Shown piece by piece: positions 37,053-46,554 of a stretch of DNA of 64,000 nucleotides (position 1 is the first letter of the stretch; every line of letters starts with the position of its first letter). Where the stretch lies: NCBI GenBank assembly GCA_026418295.1, contig JAOABP010000005.1:100864-164863 (forward strand), in the 5' to 3' direction. The translations under genes and the position numbers were made by a program. A model generated the notes under the pieces. It was not told where the DNA came from and ran no database searches. It worked only from the letters and a program-made list of their open reading frames with translations. The DNA is from a candidate division WOR-3 bacterium (lineage in GTDB: Bacteria; Hydrothermota; Tepidihabitantia; Tepidihabitantales; Tepidihabitantaceae).

Positions 37053-37906
37053 AATATCCCTACTATCCAGGCTGTACCCTTTATTCCAAGGCAAGGAATC
37101 TTGACCGGTGCGGCCGGCTCGCAGCGGCGCGGGCCGGTTTTGAGCTTGAGGAGCTGCCCTCGTGGAACTGCTGTGGCGCAATTTACAACACCAATACTGA
37201 TGATCTGGCAGCTCAGGTCGGACCGGTTCGCGTGCTGGCCAAGGCAAGTCAGCAGGGCAGACGGCTGGTGACCCTGTGCGCCGCCTGTTACAATGTGCTG
37301 AAGCGGGCAAATGAGCGACTCCATGCCACCGGTTTTGAGCAGGACCGGCAGCGGATTCTGGAGTTTGTTGATGAGCCGTTTGAGCAGGATGTTGAGGTTG
37401 TGCATTACCTTGAGGTGCTCAAGGAGCTGGGCTGGGATGCGATCCGGCAGCGGGTGGTGCGTTCGCTGAACGGTCTGAAGGTGGCATCCTACTACGGCTG
37501 TCTGATGGTGAGACCCAGGGAGGTGCTGAAGTTTGACGATCCGGAGAACCCGGTGGTGATGGATGAGCTGATGGCGACATTGGGGGGAGAGCCGGTGCGG
37601 TTTGATTTCAAGGCGGAGTGCTGTGGCGGGTATCTGGTGATAAACCGCCGGGCGGTTGCCGATGCCTGTTCCCTGCGGGTGGTGGAGAATGCCCGGACCT
37701 GGGGAGCGGAGGCAATTGTGACCACCTGTCCGCTCTGCCAGTACAATCTGGAGAGCGCCCAGTTGCGCCGGGGAACGGTATTGACGCCGGTTTTTTATTT
37801 CACTCAGATTCTCGGTCTGGCGCTGGGACTGGAGCCGGCAGAGCTGGGCTTTGAGGATAACAAACTGGACCCGGTGCCGTTTCTGAAGGAGAAGGGGCTC
37901 TTGTGA
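37049..37906 (+). CDS. hdrB: Heterodisulfide reductase subunit B-like (two CCG domains)
   Basis: Two Cys-rich CCG motifs (NCCGAIYN, CCGGYL with flanking Cys). ATGA overlap with hdrC. Confidence 0.85.
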   Translation: MKYPYYPGCTLYSKARNLDRCGRLAAARAGFELEELPSWNCCGAIYNTNTDDLAAQVGPVRVLAKASQQGRRLVTLCAACYNVLKRANERLHATGFEQDRQRILEFVDEPFEQDVEVVHYLEVLKELGWDAIRQRVVRSLNGLKVASYYGCLMVRPREVLKFDDPENPVVMDELMATLGGEPVRFDFKAECCGGYLVINRRAVADACSLRVVENARTWGAEAIVTTCPLCQYNLESAQLRRGTVLTPVFYFTQILGLALGLEPAELGFEDNKLDPVPFLKEKGLL

Positions 37907-39843
37907 AGCGCCGGATCGGAGTCTTTGTCTGTCACTGCGGGATCAACATTGCGGGTGTGGTGAAGGTGCCGGAGCTGGTTGAGCGGGCAAAAAATATTCC
38001 CGGGGTGGTGACGGCGCTGGATTATGTCTACTGCTGTTCGGATCCGGGACAGCGGTTGATCCGGGAGACAATTCAGAAGGAGCGGCTGGAGGGGATTGTG
38101 GTTGCCTGCTGTTCGCCCAATCTCCATGAGGCAACCTTCCGCAAGGCGGCAGCCGAAGCCGGACTCAATCCGTATCTCTGTGAAATTGCCAATATCCGGG
38201 AGCAGTGCTCCTGGGTGACTTCAGACCGGGATGCTGCCACTGAGAAGGCGGAGGGTATTGTCAGGACGATGGTGGCAAAGGTGAGCCATGATCAGCCGCT
38301 TGTCCGGCTTGGTGTGCCGATTGTCAAGCGGGCGCTGGTGGTTGGAGCAGGAATTGCCGGCATCCAGGCGGCGCTGGACATTGCCAACGCCGGATATGAG
38401 GTGGTGCTGGTGGAGAAGGAGCCGTCAATCGGCGGACACATGGCTCAGCTTTCCGAGACCTTTCCGACGCTCGACTGCTCCCAGTGCATTCTGACCCCGA
38501 AGACGGTGGAGGCGGGCCGTCATCCGAAAATCAGGCTTCTGACCTATTCCGAGGTTGCCGAGGTCTCCGGGTTTGTGGGCAATTTCCGGGTGAAGATCCG
38601 GCAGAAGCCGCGCTATGTTGACCTTGACGCCTGCACCGGCTGTGGCATCTGTCTGGAGAAGTGTCCGGTGCGGGTGGAGTCGGTGTTTGACCGGAATCTG
38701 ACCCGGCGCCGGGCGATCTATCGGCTCTTTCCGCAGGCGGTGCCGAACAAGGTGGTGATTGATGCCCAACACTGCCGGCAGTTGCAGGGCAAAAAATGCG
38801 GGGTGTGTGCCAAGGTCTGTCCGGCGCAGGCAATCCGGTATGATGACCAGGAGCGGATTGTTGAGGAGGAGGTAGGGGCGATCGTGCTTGCTACCGGCTA
38901 TGAGCTTTTTGACAGCCGCCGGCTCGGTGCCTACGGGCTCGGGGTGGTGCCGGATGTAATTGACAGTCTCGCCTTTGAGCGCATCCTTTCCGCCTCCGGA
39001 CCGTTTGCCGGTGAGGTGCGCCGGCCTTCGGATGGCAGGGTGCCCAAGCGGGTGGTCTTTGTCCAGTGTGCCGGTTCCCGGGATTCAAATCAGGGTGTGC
39101 CCTACTGTTCGAAGATCTGCTGCATGTATACCGCCAAGCATGCCCTGCTTTACCGGCACCGGGTGCATGATGGTGAGGCGGTTGTCTGCTATATTGATGT
39201 CCGGACCCCGGGAAAGGGGTTTGAGGAGTTTTACCGCCGGGCAACGGATGAAGGTGTCCAGTATCTCCGGGGTAAGGTGTCCAAGATCTTCCGGCGCGGA
39301 GACCGGGTGGTGGTCTGGGCTGCGGATACGCTGGCGGGCAAGAAGCTGGAGATTGAGGCGGATATGGTGGTGCTGGCGAGTGCGGTGGTGCCCAATCCTG
39401 ACGGTGTAGCGCTGGCACGCAGGCTGAAGATACCGGTTGACGGCTGGGGGTTTCTGTCTGAAGCCCACCCGAAACTCCGGCCGGTGGAGACCCTGACCGC
39501 CGGTTTCTTCCTCTGCGGTTGCGGTCAGGGACCGAAGGACATCCCCGAGACGGTGGCACAGGCGTCAGGTGCTGCTGCCAAGGTGCTGGCGATGTTCGGC
39601 CAGAGTGAGCTGTATCATGAGCCGGTGACCGCAGTGGTGGATGAGGAGATTTGCGTCGGGTGCGGCAACTGTGAGCGCACCTGTGCCTATGAGGCGGTCC
39701 GGGTTGATCCGCACCGCGGCAAGGCGGTGGTGCAGGCGGTGATGTGTGAAGGGTGTGGTGCCTGTTCGGTTGCCTGCCCGGCAGGAGCGATCAACCTGAA
39801 GAACTTCACCAAGCAGTCGCTGACCGAAATGGTGGATGTATGA
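37903..39843 (+). CDS. hdrA: Heterodisulfide reductase subunit A-like (FAD, multiple Fe-S)
   Basis: N-terminal VFVCHCGINIAGVV…YCCSDP domain, FAD-binding ALVVGAGIAGIQAALD, ferredoxin-type Cys clusters, and CSKICCMY. 646 aa. Confidence 0.9.
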   Translation: MKRRIGVFVCHCGINIAGVVKVPELVERAKNIPGVVTALDYVYCCSDPGQRLIRETIQKERLEGIVVACCSPNLHEATFRKAAAEAGLNPYLCEIANIREQCSWVTSDRDAATEKAEGIVRTMVAKVSHDQPLVRLGVPIVKRALVVGAGIAGIQAALDIANAGYEVVLVEKEPSIGGHMAQLSETFPTLDCSQCILTPKTVEAGRHPKIRLLTYSEVAEVSGFVGNFRVKIRQKPRYVDLDACTGCGICLEKCPVRVESVFDRNLTRRRAIYRLFPQAVPNKVVIDAQHCRQLQGKKCGVCAKVCPAQAIRYDDQERIVEEEVGAIVLATGYELFDSRRLGAYGLGVVPDVIDSLAFERILSASGPFAGEVRRPSDGRVPKRVVFVQCAGSRDSNQGVPYCSKICCMYTAKHALLYRHRVHDGEAVVCYIDVRTPGKGFEEFYRRATDEGVQYLRGKVSKIFRRGDRVVVWAADTLAGKKLEIEADMVVLASAVVPNPDGVALARRLKIPVDGWGFLSEAHPKLRPVETLTAGFFLCGCGQGPKDIPETVAQASGAAAKVLAMFGQSELYHEPVTAVVDEEICVGCGNCERTCAYEAVRVDPHRGKAVVQAVMCEGCGACSVACPAGAINLKNFTKQSLTEMVDV

Positions 39844-42800
39844 GCGGTAATGGTGATCAGAGACCGATGACCGGTGCGGCGCTGGTGGTCGGCGCGGGAA
39901 TTGCCGGCATTCAGACAGCCCTGGAGCTGGCAGAGTCCGGTTTCAAGGTCTATCTTGCCGACTCCTCACCGGCGATCGGCGGGGTAATGGCGATGCTGGA
40001 CAAGACCTTCCCGACCAATGACTGTTCGATGTGTATCCTGGCACCGAAGCTGGTGGGTACGGGCCGGCATCCGAATATTGAACTTCTGAACTGTGCGGAA
40101 CTGCTGGAATTAAAGGGTGAGCCGGGTAATTTCATTGCCCGGATCCGGCAGCGGCCGCGGTATGTACTTCTGGAGAAGTGCACCGGCTGTCTGGACTGCA
40201 CCAAGGTCTGTCCGGTCCGGGTGCCGGATGAATACAATCAGCGGCTCTCGGAAAGGGGTGCGATTTATAAACGTTTTGCCCAGGCGATTCCCAATGCGGT
40301 GGCGATTGACAAGGGTGAGCGCCGGGCACCCTGCCGGCTTGCCTGTCCGGCCGGGGTTAATGCCCAGGCTTATATCGCCCTGACCCGCGCCCGCAGATTC
40401 AAGGAGGGTTATCTCAAGGTCCGGGAACGGCTGCCATTTGTCGGCATCTGCGGCCGGGTGTGTCATCACCCGTGTGAACAGGAGTGTAACCGGCAGCAGG
40501 TTGATGGTGAGCCGCCGGTGGCGATCCGGACAATCAAGCGGTTTCTTGCCGACTATGCGGCATCTCAGGGTGGTGTGCCCTACCCGGCACCGGCAGCGGA
40601 ACGGGAGGAGCGGATTGCGGTTATCGGTGCCGGACCGGCAGGGCTGACCTGCGCGCTGGATCTGCGGCTTAAGGGTTATCAGGTCACCGTTTTTGAGGCT
40701 GCGGACCAGCCCGGTGGCATGATGCGCTGGGGAATTCCTGCCTACCGCCTGCCGCGGAATGTGCTCGATCAGGAGATTAAGGATATACTTGATACCGGAA
40801 TTGAGCTGAAGCTGAATACACCGGTCAGAACAACCGCGGAACTGCAGGAGTTGCGCAATCAGGGCTATCGGGCGGTTTTTGTTGCCCTTGGTGCCCAGCG
40901 CAGCCGGACCCTGAATATTCCGGGTATGGAGCTTGAGGGGGTTTTGCACGGAATTGAGTTTTTGCGCCAGGTTAACCGGGGTGAGGCGCCGGCGGTGGGC
41001 AGGCGGGTGGTGGTTATTGGCGGTGGCAATGTGGCGGTGGATGTGGCGATGTGTGCCCGGCGCGCCGGTGCCGAGGAAGTAACGATGGTGTGTCTTGAGC
41101 AGCGGGAGGAGATGCCGGCGCACGAATGGGAGATTGAGGAGGCGCTGGCTGAGGGCATCAAAATCATGCCGGGCTGGGGTCCGGCAGCGATCCGGGGAGA
41201 AAACGGCAGGGTCAAGGGTCTGGAGACGGTAGAATGCGTCCGGGTGTTTGATGAACAGCGCCGGTTCAATCCGGCGTTCAACCCGGAGCATACCGGATTT
41301 GTGTCCGCAGATACGGTAATTCTGGCAATCGGACAGCAGGTGGCGGCTGAAGGGTTTGAAGGCATTGAACGGGGACCGGGCGGAACATTCAGGGTTGATC
41401 CGGTGACGCTGGAGGTCAGCGGGCTGGAAGGTGTTTTTGCCGGTGGCGATCTGGTGAGCGGACCGGCATCAGTAATTGAGGCGGTCCAGGCCGGGCATGA
41501 GGCGGCGATTTCTATTGACCGTTTTATCCGGGGGGAGGATCTGCGTGCAGGCAGACCGGAGCCGAAGCCGGAGAAGGCAAAGGTCGAAGACTCTGCCGCT
41601 TACCGGACCGGAATCAGAAAACAGCCACGGACCGGGGAACCGGTTCTGCCGCCTGGTGAACGCAGTGGTGAGCGGGAGATTAACCTTGGTTTCTCTGAGG
41701 AACAGGCGGTCCTTGAGGCACAGCGGTGTCTGGACTGCGGAGTGTGCTGTGAGTGTCTGCAGTGTGTTGCCGCCTGTGAAGCAGGGGCAATTGATCACCT
41801 CCAGCAGGCGCAGGAGCGGGAGCTGCAGGTGGGGGCGGTGGTTCTTGCCGGCGGGTTCACCGAGCACAAGCCGGTTGCTGATGTCAGTCTGGGATATGGC
41901 CGGCATCCGAACATTATCACCAGTCTGGAGTTTGAGCGAATCCTTTCCGCCACCGGTCCTTACGAGGGGCATGTGCGCCGGCCTGGAGACCGGACTCAGC
42001 CGAAGAAGATCGCCTGGGTGCAGTGTGTGGGGTCAAGAAATCAGGAGCATTATTACTGTTCTTCGGTCTGCTGCATGTTTGCAACCAAGGAGGCGGTGAT
42101 CGCCAAGGAGCACTGCCTCGGTGATCTGGAGTGCCATATCTACTATATGGACATGCGCTGCTTCGGTAAGGGGTTTGAGCGCTATTATGAGCGGGCGGAA
42201 AAGGAATACGGTGTGGTCTTCCGCCGGTCAAGGGTGAGTGCAATCCGTGCTGTGCCCGATTCCGGTGATCTGATTATCTCCTATGAGGATGAACAGGGTC
42301 AGCTTCATGATGAGGTTTATAATCTGGTGGTGCTCTCGAGTGCGCTCGTGCCCAGCCCGGAGATGAGAAGTCTCTGCGAACGGCTCGGGGTCAAAACCGA
42401 TGAACAGGGTTTTGTCCAGACCGAGAGCTACTATCCGGTGGCGACGAGCCGGAGTGGTGTTTTTGCCTGCGGTGTGCTGACCGAGCCCAAGGACATTCCG
42501 GAGACGGTCACCGAAGCGACCGGCTGTGCTGGTGCGGTTGCCGGGCTGCTCAGTCCTGCCCGGAATACACTGGTGAGCAGGAAGAGTTATCCTGCGGAGC
42601 GGGATGTTACTCTGGAGGAGCCGAGGATCGGGGTTTTTGTCTGTAACTGCGGGATCAATATTGGCGGGGTGGTGCGGGTGCCGGAGGTGGTGGAGTATGC
42701 CCGGACCCTGCCCGGTGTGGTGCATGCGGAGGAAAACCTGTTTACCTGTTCCCAGGATACCCAGGAGAAGATCAAGCGGGTGATTCAGGAGCAGAGGTTG

Positions 42801-44285
42801 AACCGGGTGGTGGTGGCATCCTGTACCCCCAGAACCCATGAGCCACTGTTTCAGGAGACGCTGGCAGAAGCCGGACTCAACCGGTATCTTTTCACGATGG
42901 CAAACATCCGGGATCAGTGTTCCTGGGTGCACATGCATCTGCCGGTCGAGGCCACTGCGAAGGCAAAGGAACTGGTGCGGATGGCGGTTGCCAATGCCCG
43001 CCGACTCAAGCCGCTGGGCTCTTCCTCCCAGAAGGTCATTCAGCGGGCGCTGGTTATTGGCGGTGGTGTTGCCGGAATGACCGCGGCATTGTCAATTGCC
43101 GAGCAGGGGTTTGAGGTTTGTCTGGTGGAACGGGAAAAGGAGCTGGGTGGTAATCTGCGCCGGTTACGCTACGATGAGGCCGGTAATCAGACCGCCGAGC
43201 TTGCGAGCCGGCTGGAGCGTCAGGTCCGCTCTCACCCCCGAATCCGGGTGCTGACCGGAGTTGAGGTTACCGGGGTCAGCGGTTACATCGGCAACTACCG
43301 GTCAACGGTGCGTCCGGTGGCAGGTTCTGATGCTGGTGAAGAAATTCTGGAGCATGGGGTCTTTGTGGTAGCGGTAGGGGCAAATGAGTATGTGCCAAAG
43401 GAGTATTTCTACCGTGAGGACGAGCGGGTAAAGACCCAGCTGGAGCTGGAGGCTTTGCTGGAGCAGGGGACTGATTTCAATTCGCAGAGTGTAGTGATGA
43501 TTCAGTGTGTTGGCTCCCGGAACAGCGAGCATCCCTGGTGTTCCCGGGTCTGCTGTACTGAGGCAGTCAAGAATGCGCTGGCGATCCGGCGGCGCTATCC
43601 GCAGTCCCGGGTTTACATTTTCTACCGGGATATGCGGACCTACGGTTTCCGGGAGGCGCTGTACCGTGAGGCTCGGCGTGCCGGCGTTGTTTTCATTCAT
43701 TACGAGCCTGATGATCTGAAGGTGGAGAAGCGGGATGGCAGAATTGTTGTCTCCAGCTATGATCCGGTGCTGGCACAGCGGATTGCAGCTGCTGCTGACT
43801 GGCTGGTGCTTTCAACCGGAATTGTGCCCGCACCGGTGAACTCCCAGCTGGCAAAGATGCTCAAGGTGCCGTTGAATGAGGACGGGTTCTTCCTTGAAGC
43901 CCATATGAAGCTCAGGCCGGTGGACTTCAACACCGCCGGTATCTTCATGGCTGGAATGTGTCACAGTCCGCGTTTTATTTCCGAGACCATCGCTCAGGCG
44001 CTGGCAGCGGCGGCCCGTGCCGGTTCGGTGATCAGTCAGGACAGTATTACCACCTCGGCGGTGGTTGCCCGGGTTAATACCCGCTGGTGTGCGGGCTGCG
44101 GGGTCTGTGAGCAGGTTTGCCAGTATGAGGCGGCACGGCTCAATCCCGAAACCGGGAAATCGGAGGTGACTCCTGTGCTCTGTCAGGGCTGCGGGGCATG
44201 TGCAGCTGCCTGTCCGTCAAATGCGATTGAACTTCAGGGGTTTGAATCAAAGCAGCTGCTGGCAATGATTGAGGAGGCGCTGTGA
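39840..44285 (+). CDS. Giant HdrA-like / GltD-like (NAD(P)H-binding FAD oxidoreductase) / HdrA-like fusion protein (about 1481 aa)
   Basis: Module 1: ALVVGAGIAGIQTALELAESG, with ferredoxin Cys clusters. Module 2: IAVIGAGPAGLTCALDL…VVVIGGGNVAVD, the pyridine-nucleotide-disulfide/GltD-type two-dinucleotide fold. Module 3: complete HdrA (VFVCNCGINIGGVV, ALVIGGGVAGMTAALS, CSRVCCTE, C-terminal ferredoxin). ATG at 39840 overlaps the hdrA stop. Confidence 0.8.
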   Translation: MSGNGDQRPMTGAALVVGAGIAGIQTALELAESGFKVYLADSSPAIGGVMAMLDKTFPTNDCSMCILAPKLVGTGRHPNIELLNCAELLELKGEPGNFIARIRQRPRYVLLEKCTGCLDCTKVCPVRVPDEYNQRLSERGAIYKRFAQAIPNAVAIDKGERRAPCRLACPAGVNAQAYIALTRARRFKEGYLKVRERLPFVGICGRVCHHPCEQECNRQQVDGEPPVAIRTIKRFLADYAASQGGVPYPAPAAEREERIAVIGAGPAGLTCALDLRLKGYQVTVFEAADQPGGMMRWGIPAYRLPRNVLDQEIKDILDTGIELKLNTPVRTTAELQELRNQGYRAVFVALGAQRSRTLNIPGMELEGVLHGIEFLRQVNRGEAPAVGRRVVVIGGGNVAVDVAMCARRAGAEEVTMVCLEQREEMPAHEWEIEEALAEGIKIMPGWGPAAIRGENGRVKGLETVECVRVFDEQRRFNPAFNPEHTGFVSADTVILAIGQQVAAEGFEGIERGPGGTFRVDPVTLEVSGLEGVFAGGDLVSGPASVIEAVQAGHEAAISIDRFIRGEDLRAGRPEPKPEKAKVEDSAAYRTGIRKQPRTGEPVLPPGERSGEREINLGFSEEQAVLEAQRCLDCGVCCECLQCVAACEAGAIDHLQQAQERELQVGAVVLAGGFTEHKPVADVSLGYGRHPNIITSLEFERILSATGPYEGHVRRPGDRTQPKKIAWVQCVGSRNQEHYYCSSVCCMFATKEAVIAKEHCLGDLECHIYYMDMRCFGKGFERYYERAEKEYGVVFRRSRVSAIRAVPDSGDLIISYEDEQGQLHDEVYNLVVLSSALVPSPEMRSLCERLGVKTDEQGFVQTESYYPVATSRSGVFACGVLTEPKDIPETVTEATGCAGAVAGLLSPARNTLVSRKSYPAERDVTLEEPRIGVFVCNCGINIGGVVRVPEVVEYARTLPGVVHAEENLFTCSQDTQEKIKRVIQEQRLNRVVVASCTPRTHEPLFQETLAEAGLNRYLFTMANIRDQCSWVHMHLPVEATAKAKELVRMAVANARRLKPLGSSSQKVIQRALVIGGGVAGMTAALSIAEQGFEVCLVEREKELGGNLRRLRYDEAGNQTAELASRLERQVRSHPRIRVLTGVEVTGVSGYIGNYRSTVRPVAGSDAGEEILEHGVFVVAVGANEYVPKEYFYREDERVKTQLELEALLEQGTDFNSQSVVMIQCVGSRNSEHPWCSRVCCTEAVKNALAIRRRYPQSRVYIFYRDMRTYGFREALYREARRAGVVFIHYEPDDLKVEKRDGRIVVSSYDPVLAQRIAAAADWLVLSTGIVPAPVNSQLAKMLKVPLNEDGFFLEAHMKLRPVDFNTAGIFMAGMCHSPRFISETIAQALAAAARAGSVISQDSITTSAVVARVNTRWCAGCGVCEQVCQYEAARLNPETGKSEVTPVLCQGCGACAAACPSNAIELQGFESKQLLAMIEEAL

Positions 44286-44319
44286 AAGGCAAATCTTGGT
44301 GCGCGGCAGGAGGTGACAG

Positions 44320-44739
44320 ATGAGCTTTGAACCCAAAATTGTTGGTTTTCTCTGTAACTGGTGCACCTATGCGGGTGCGGATCTGGCAGGAACTTCACGG
44401 CTCCAGTATCCGCCGAATATGCGGCCGATCCGTGTGATGTGTTCCGGGGCGGTGGATTCGGTTTACATCCTCCGGGCACTGCTGGAAGGGGCAGATGGGG
44501 TCTTCATCGGCGGTTGTCATCCGGGTGACTGCCATTATGTTTCCGGTAACTACAAGACCAGGCGCCGGATGGTGCTGTTCAATTCAATCATGCGGGCGCT
44601 CGGGCTGGATGAAGGGCGGGTGCTATTGCGCTGGATATCCGCTGCAGAGGGTAAGAAATTTGCCGATACGGTAACGGAGATGACTGAGCGGTTGCGTCAG
44701 CTCGGTCCCAGTCCGTTCCGGAAGCTGTGGGAGGTGTGA
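44320..44739 (+). CDS. mvhD: MvhD/FlxD-like methyl-viologen-reducing hydrogenase delta subunit homolog ([2Fe-2S] electron-transfer subunit)
   Basis: IVGFLCNWCTYAGADLAG…CSGAVDSVYILRALLEGADGVFIGGCHPGDCHY is the MvhD signature. SD AGGAGGTG lies upstream. Confidence 0.85.
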   Translation: MSFEPKIVGFLCNWCTYAGADLAGTSRLQYPPNMRPIRVMCSGAVDSVYILRALLEGADGVFIGGCHPGDCHYVSGNYKTRRRMVLFNSIMRALGLDEGRVLLRWISAAEGKKFADTVTEMTERLRQLGPSPFRKLWEV

Positions 44740-44740
44740 T

Positions 44741-45880
44741 TTGGGCAAGATCGGTCTGCTGCCAGTAAAGGATAACCGTCCGATTCAGACGCTGCGTGAA
44801 CTTTTTGTCCGCTGGCTGGAATCGGGTCGTGTGTCTGCTCTGCTGGTGCCGGCGGTTTCCCCTGCTGGGATAGCGGCGCCGGTGCTCTGGTCTGATCCGG
44901 AGAAAGCATCCCAGATTTATCCGCTTCTGCCGGTGATGGGAATTAACAGTGCCGGTGTGGTGGCAGAGATTGCTGCGGATAAGGCGGAAGGCAGCCGGCT
45001 GGGAGTGGTATTAAGACCGTGTGAGCTGCGGGCGGTGGTGGAGCTGATTAAGCTTCAGCAGATTGCCCGGGACAATCTGGTGCTGATCGGCGTGGACTGT
45101 GCGGGAACATACAAGCCGACTACATTGGTAAATGAGCTCAAAAGTGATGCAGGGGAACTTGAGAACTGGATTACCGGGTTTCTGACCGCTCAGGACCGGT
45201 ATCTGAAGGATGAGCGGTTACGCCGAGCCTGTCAGCTGTGTGAATTTCCGGTTCCGCTCGTTTATGATGTGGCGCTCGGCTTTCTCGGGGTCAATCCGAA
45301 GGAACAGCTGCTGATTCAGTCTGCCAGTGAGCTGGGAGATATGCTGCTGTCCGAAGTGAACATTTCGCCCGTTGCAGCAGTGCCGGCAGAGAGGCAGGTG
45401 TATCTCGACCATTTCATTCAAAACCGCCAGGAGCAGGCAGTCAGGATGATTGCCGATTTTGACCGGACTGCTCTCGGCCCGGAAAAGCTGGTGCGCTATT
45501 TTGCCCACTGCATCAACTGCCATAACTGCATGAAGGTGTGTCCGGTCTGTTACTGCCGGGAATGTTTCTTTGACTCGGAGGTTCTGAAGCGGGACCTGGA
45601 TGGTTATATCCGGGTGTCCCGGCGTAAAGGGCTGAACCGGATGCCGGCAGATACACTGCTGTTTCATCTGACCAGAATGAACCACATGATGACCTCCTGT
45701 GTCCAGTGTGGCATCTGTGAGGATTCCTGTCCAGCCGGGATCGGTCTGAGCGTCATGTTCAGGAAGGTTTCCCGGGAGGCGCAGGCAGCATTTGAATATC
45801 TGTCCGGTCGCTCGCTTGAGGAGCCGTTGCCGCTGACCACCTTCCGGGAGGATGAGTTCCGGCAGATCGGGGAGGATTAG
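44741..45880 (+). CDS. FrhB/FdhB-family-like Fe-S flavoprotein (coenzyme F420 hydrogenase/dehydrogenase beta-subunit-like) with C-terminal 2x[4Fe-4S]
   Basis: N-terminal domain with LRPCELRA-type motif. C-terminal CINCHNCMKVCPVCYC and CVQCGICEDSCP. TTG or ATG start immediately after the mvhD stop. Confidence 0.55.
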   Translation: MGKIGLLPVKDNRPIQTLRELFVRWLESGRVSALLVPAVSPAGIAAPVLWSDPEKASQIYPLLPVMGINSAGVVAEIAADKAEGSRLGVVLRPCELRAVVELIKLQQIARDNLVLIGVDCAGTYKPTTLVNELKSDAGELENWITGFLTAQDRYLKDERLRRACQLCEFPVPLVYDVALGFLGVNPKEQLLIQSASELGDMLLSEVNISPVAAVPAERQVYLDHFIQNRQEQAVRMIADFDRTALGPEKLVRYFAHCINCHNCMKVCPVCYCRECFFDSEVLKRDLDGYIRVSRRKGLNRMPADTLLFHLTRMNHMMTSCVQCGICEDSCPAGIGLSVMFRKVSREAQAAFEYLSGRSLEEPLPLTTFREDEFRQIGED

Positions 45881-45882
45881 TC

Positions 45883-46554
45883 ATGGCAGAACTGCTCCTG
45901 AACGAACTGGATGCCGGTTTCAAGCACCGGATTGCAGAACGGATGGGCGATGACAGTTTTCTCAACTGTTTTGCGTGCGGTTCCTGCACCGCCTCCTGTC
46001 CGGTGCGCCGGCTGGAGGAAAAATACAATCCCCGCCGGCTGATCAGGATGGCGATTCTGGGAATGAAGGAGGAGGTTTACCGCTCGGAATTCCTCTGGCT
46101 CTGTTCCTATCACTCTACCTGCCATTATCGCTGTCCGCAGAAGGTGAATATCGGAGCAGTCTGTGATGCGGTGGTGCGGATCCGGCAGGAGCGGGACGAA
46201 AACCACTGGCCGGCAGGTCCCTCCCGCGAGTTTCGCCAGCGGGTGCTGCGGGAGGTTTCTGGCGTGAGCGCCTGTTTTGTCTGCGGAACCTGCACCGCGG
46301 TCTGTCCCGAAAGTTTTCTTGATCCTTCGCGGGATCCAAGAAAGTTCATCCGCAAGGTCAATCTCGGTCTGGCACAGGCGGCACTGGCCGATGAGTTCAA
46401 GGATATCTGCGCCACCCATTTCCGGTGTGAGAGCCGCTGTCCGCAGGGGGTGAAGATCAGCCGGGTGATGCAGGTGCTGCGCGAGCTGGCGCTGGAAGAC
46501 GGTTTTTCCTGTCCCGAATCGTTAAACTTTCTGAAAAACCAGACAGATGAGTGA
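45883..46554 (+). CDS. HdrC-like protein with duplicated 2x[4Fe-4S]-type domains
   Basis: Two halves, each with CxxCxxCxxxCP plus a second Cys motif (CFACGSCTASCP…CHYRCP; CFVCGTCTAVCP…CESRCP). 223 aa. Confidence 0.7.
   Translation: MAELLLNELDAGFKHRIAERMGDDSFLNCFACGSCTASCPVRRLEEKYNPRRLIRMAILGMKEEVYRSEFLWLCSYHSTCHYRCPQKVNIGAVCDAVVRIRQERDENHWPAGPSREFRQRVLREVSGVSACFVCGTCTAVCPESFLDPSRDPRKFIRKVNLGLAQAALADEFKDICATHFRCESRCPQGVKISRVMQVLRELALEDGFSCPESLNFLKNQTDE

Noticed and set aside
40110-41291. 393-aa minus-strand ORF (and several shorter ones) antisense to the giant HdrA fusion gene
   Set aside because: The sense strand encodes unmistakable HdrA/GltD motifs. The antisense ORF is Arg/Pro-rich low-complexity sequence typical of GC-rich antisense frames.
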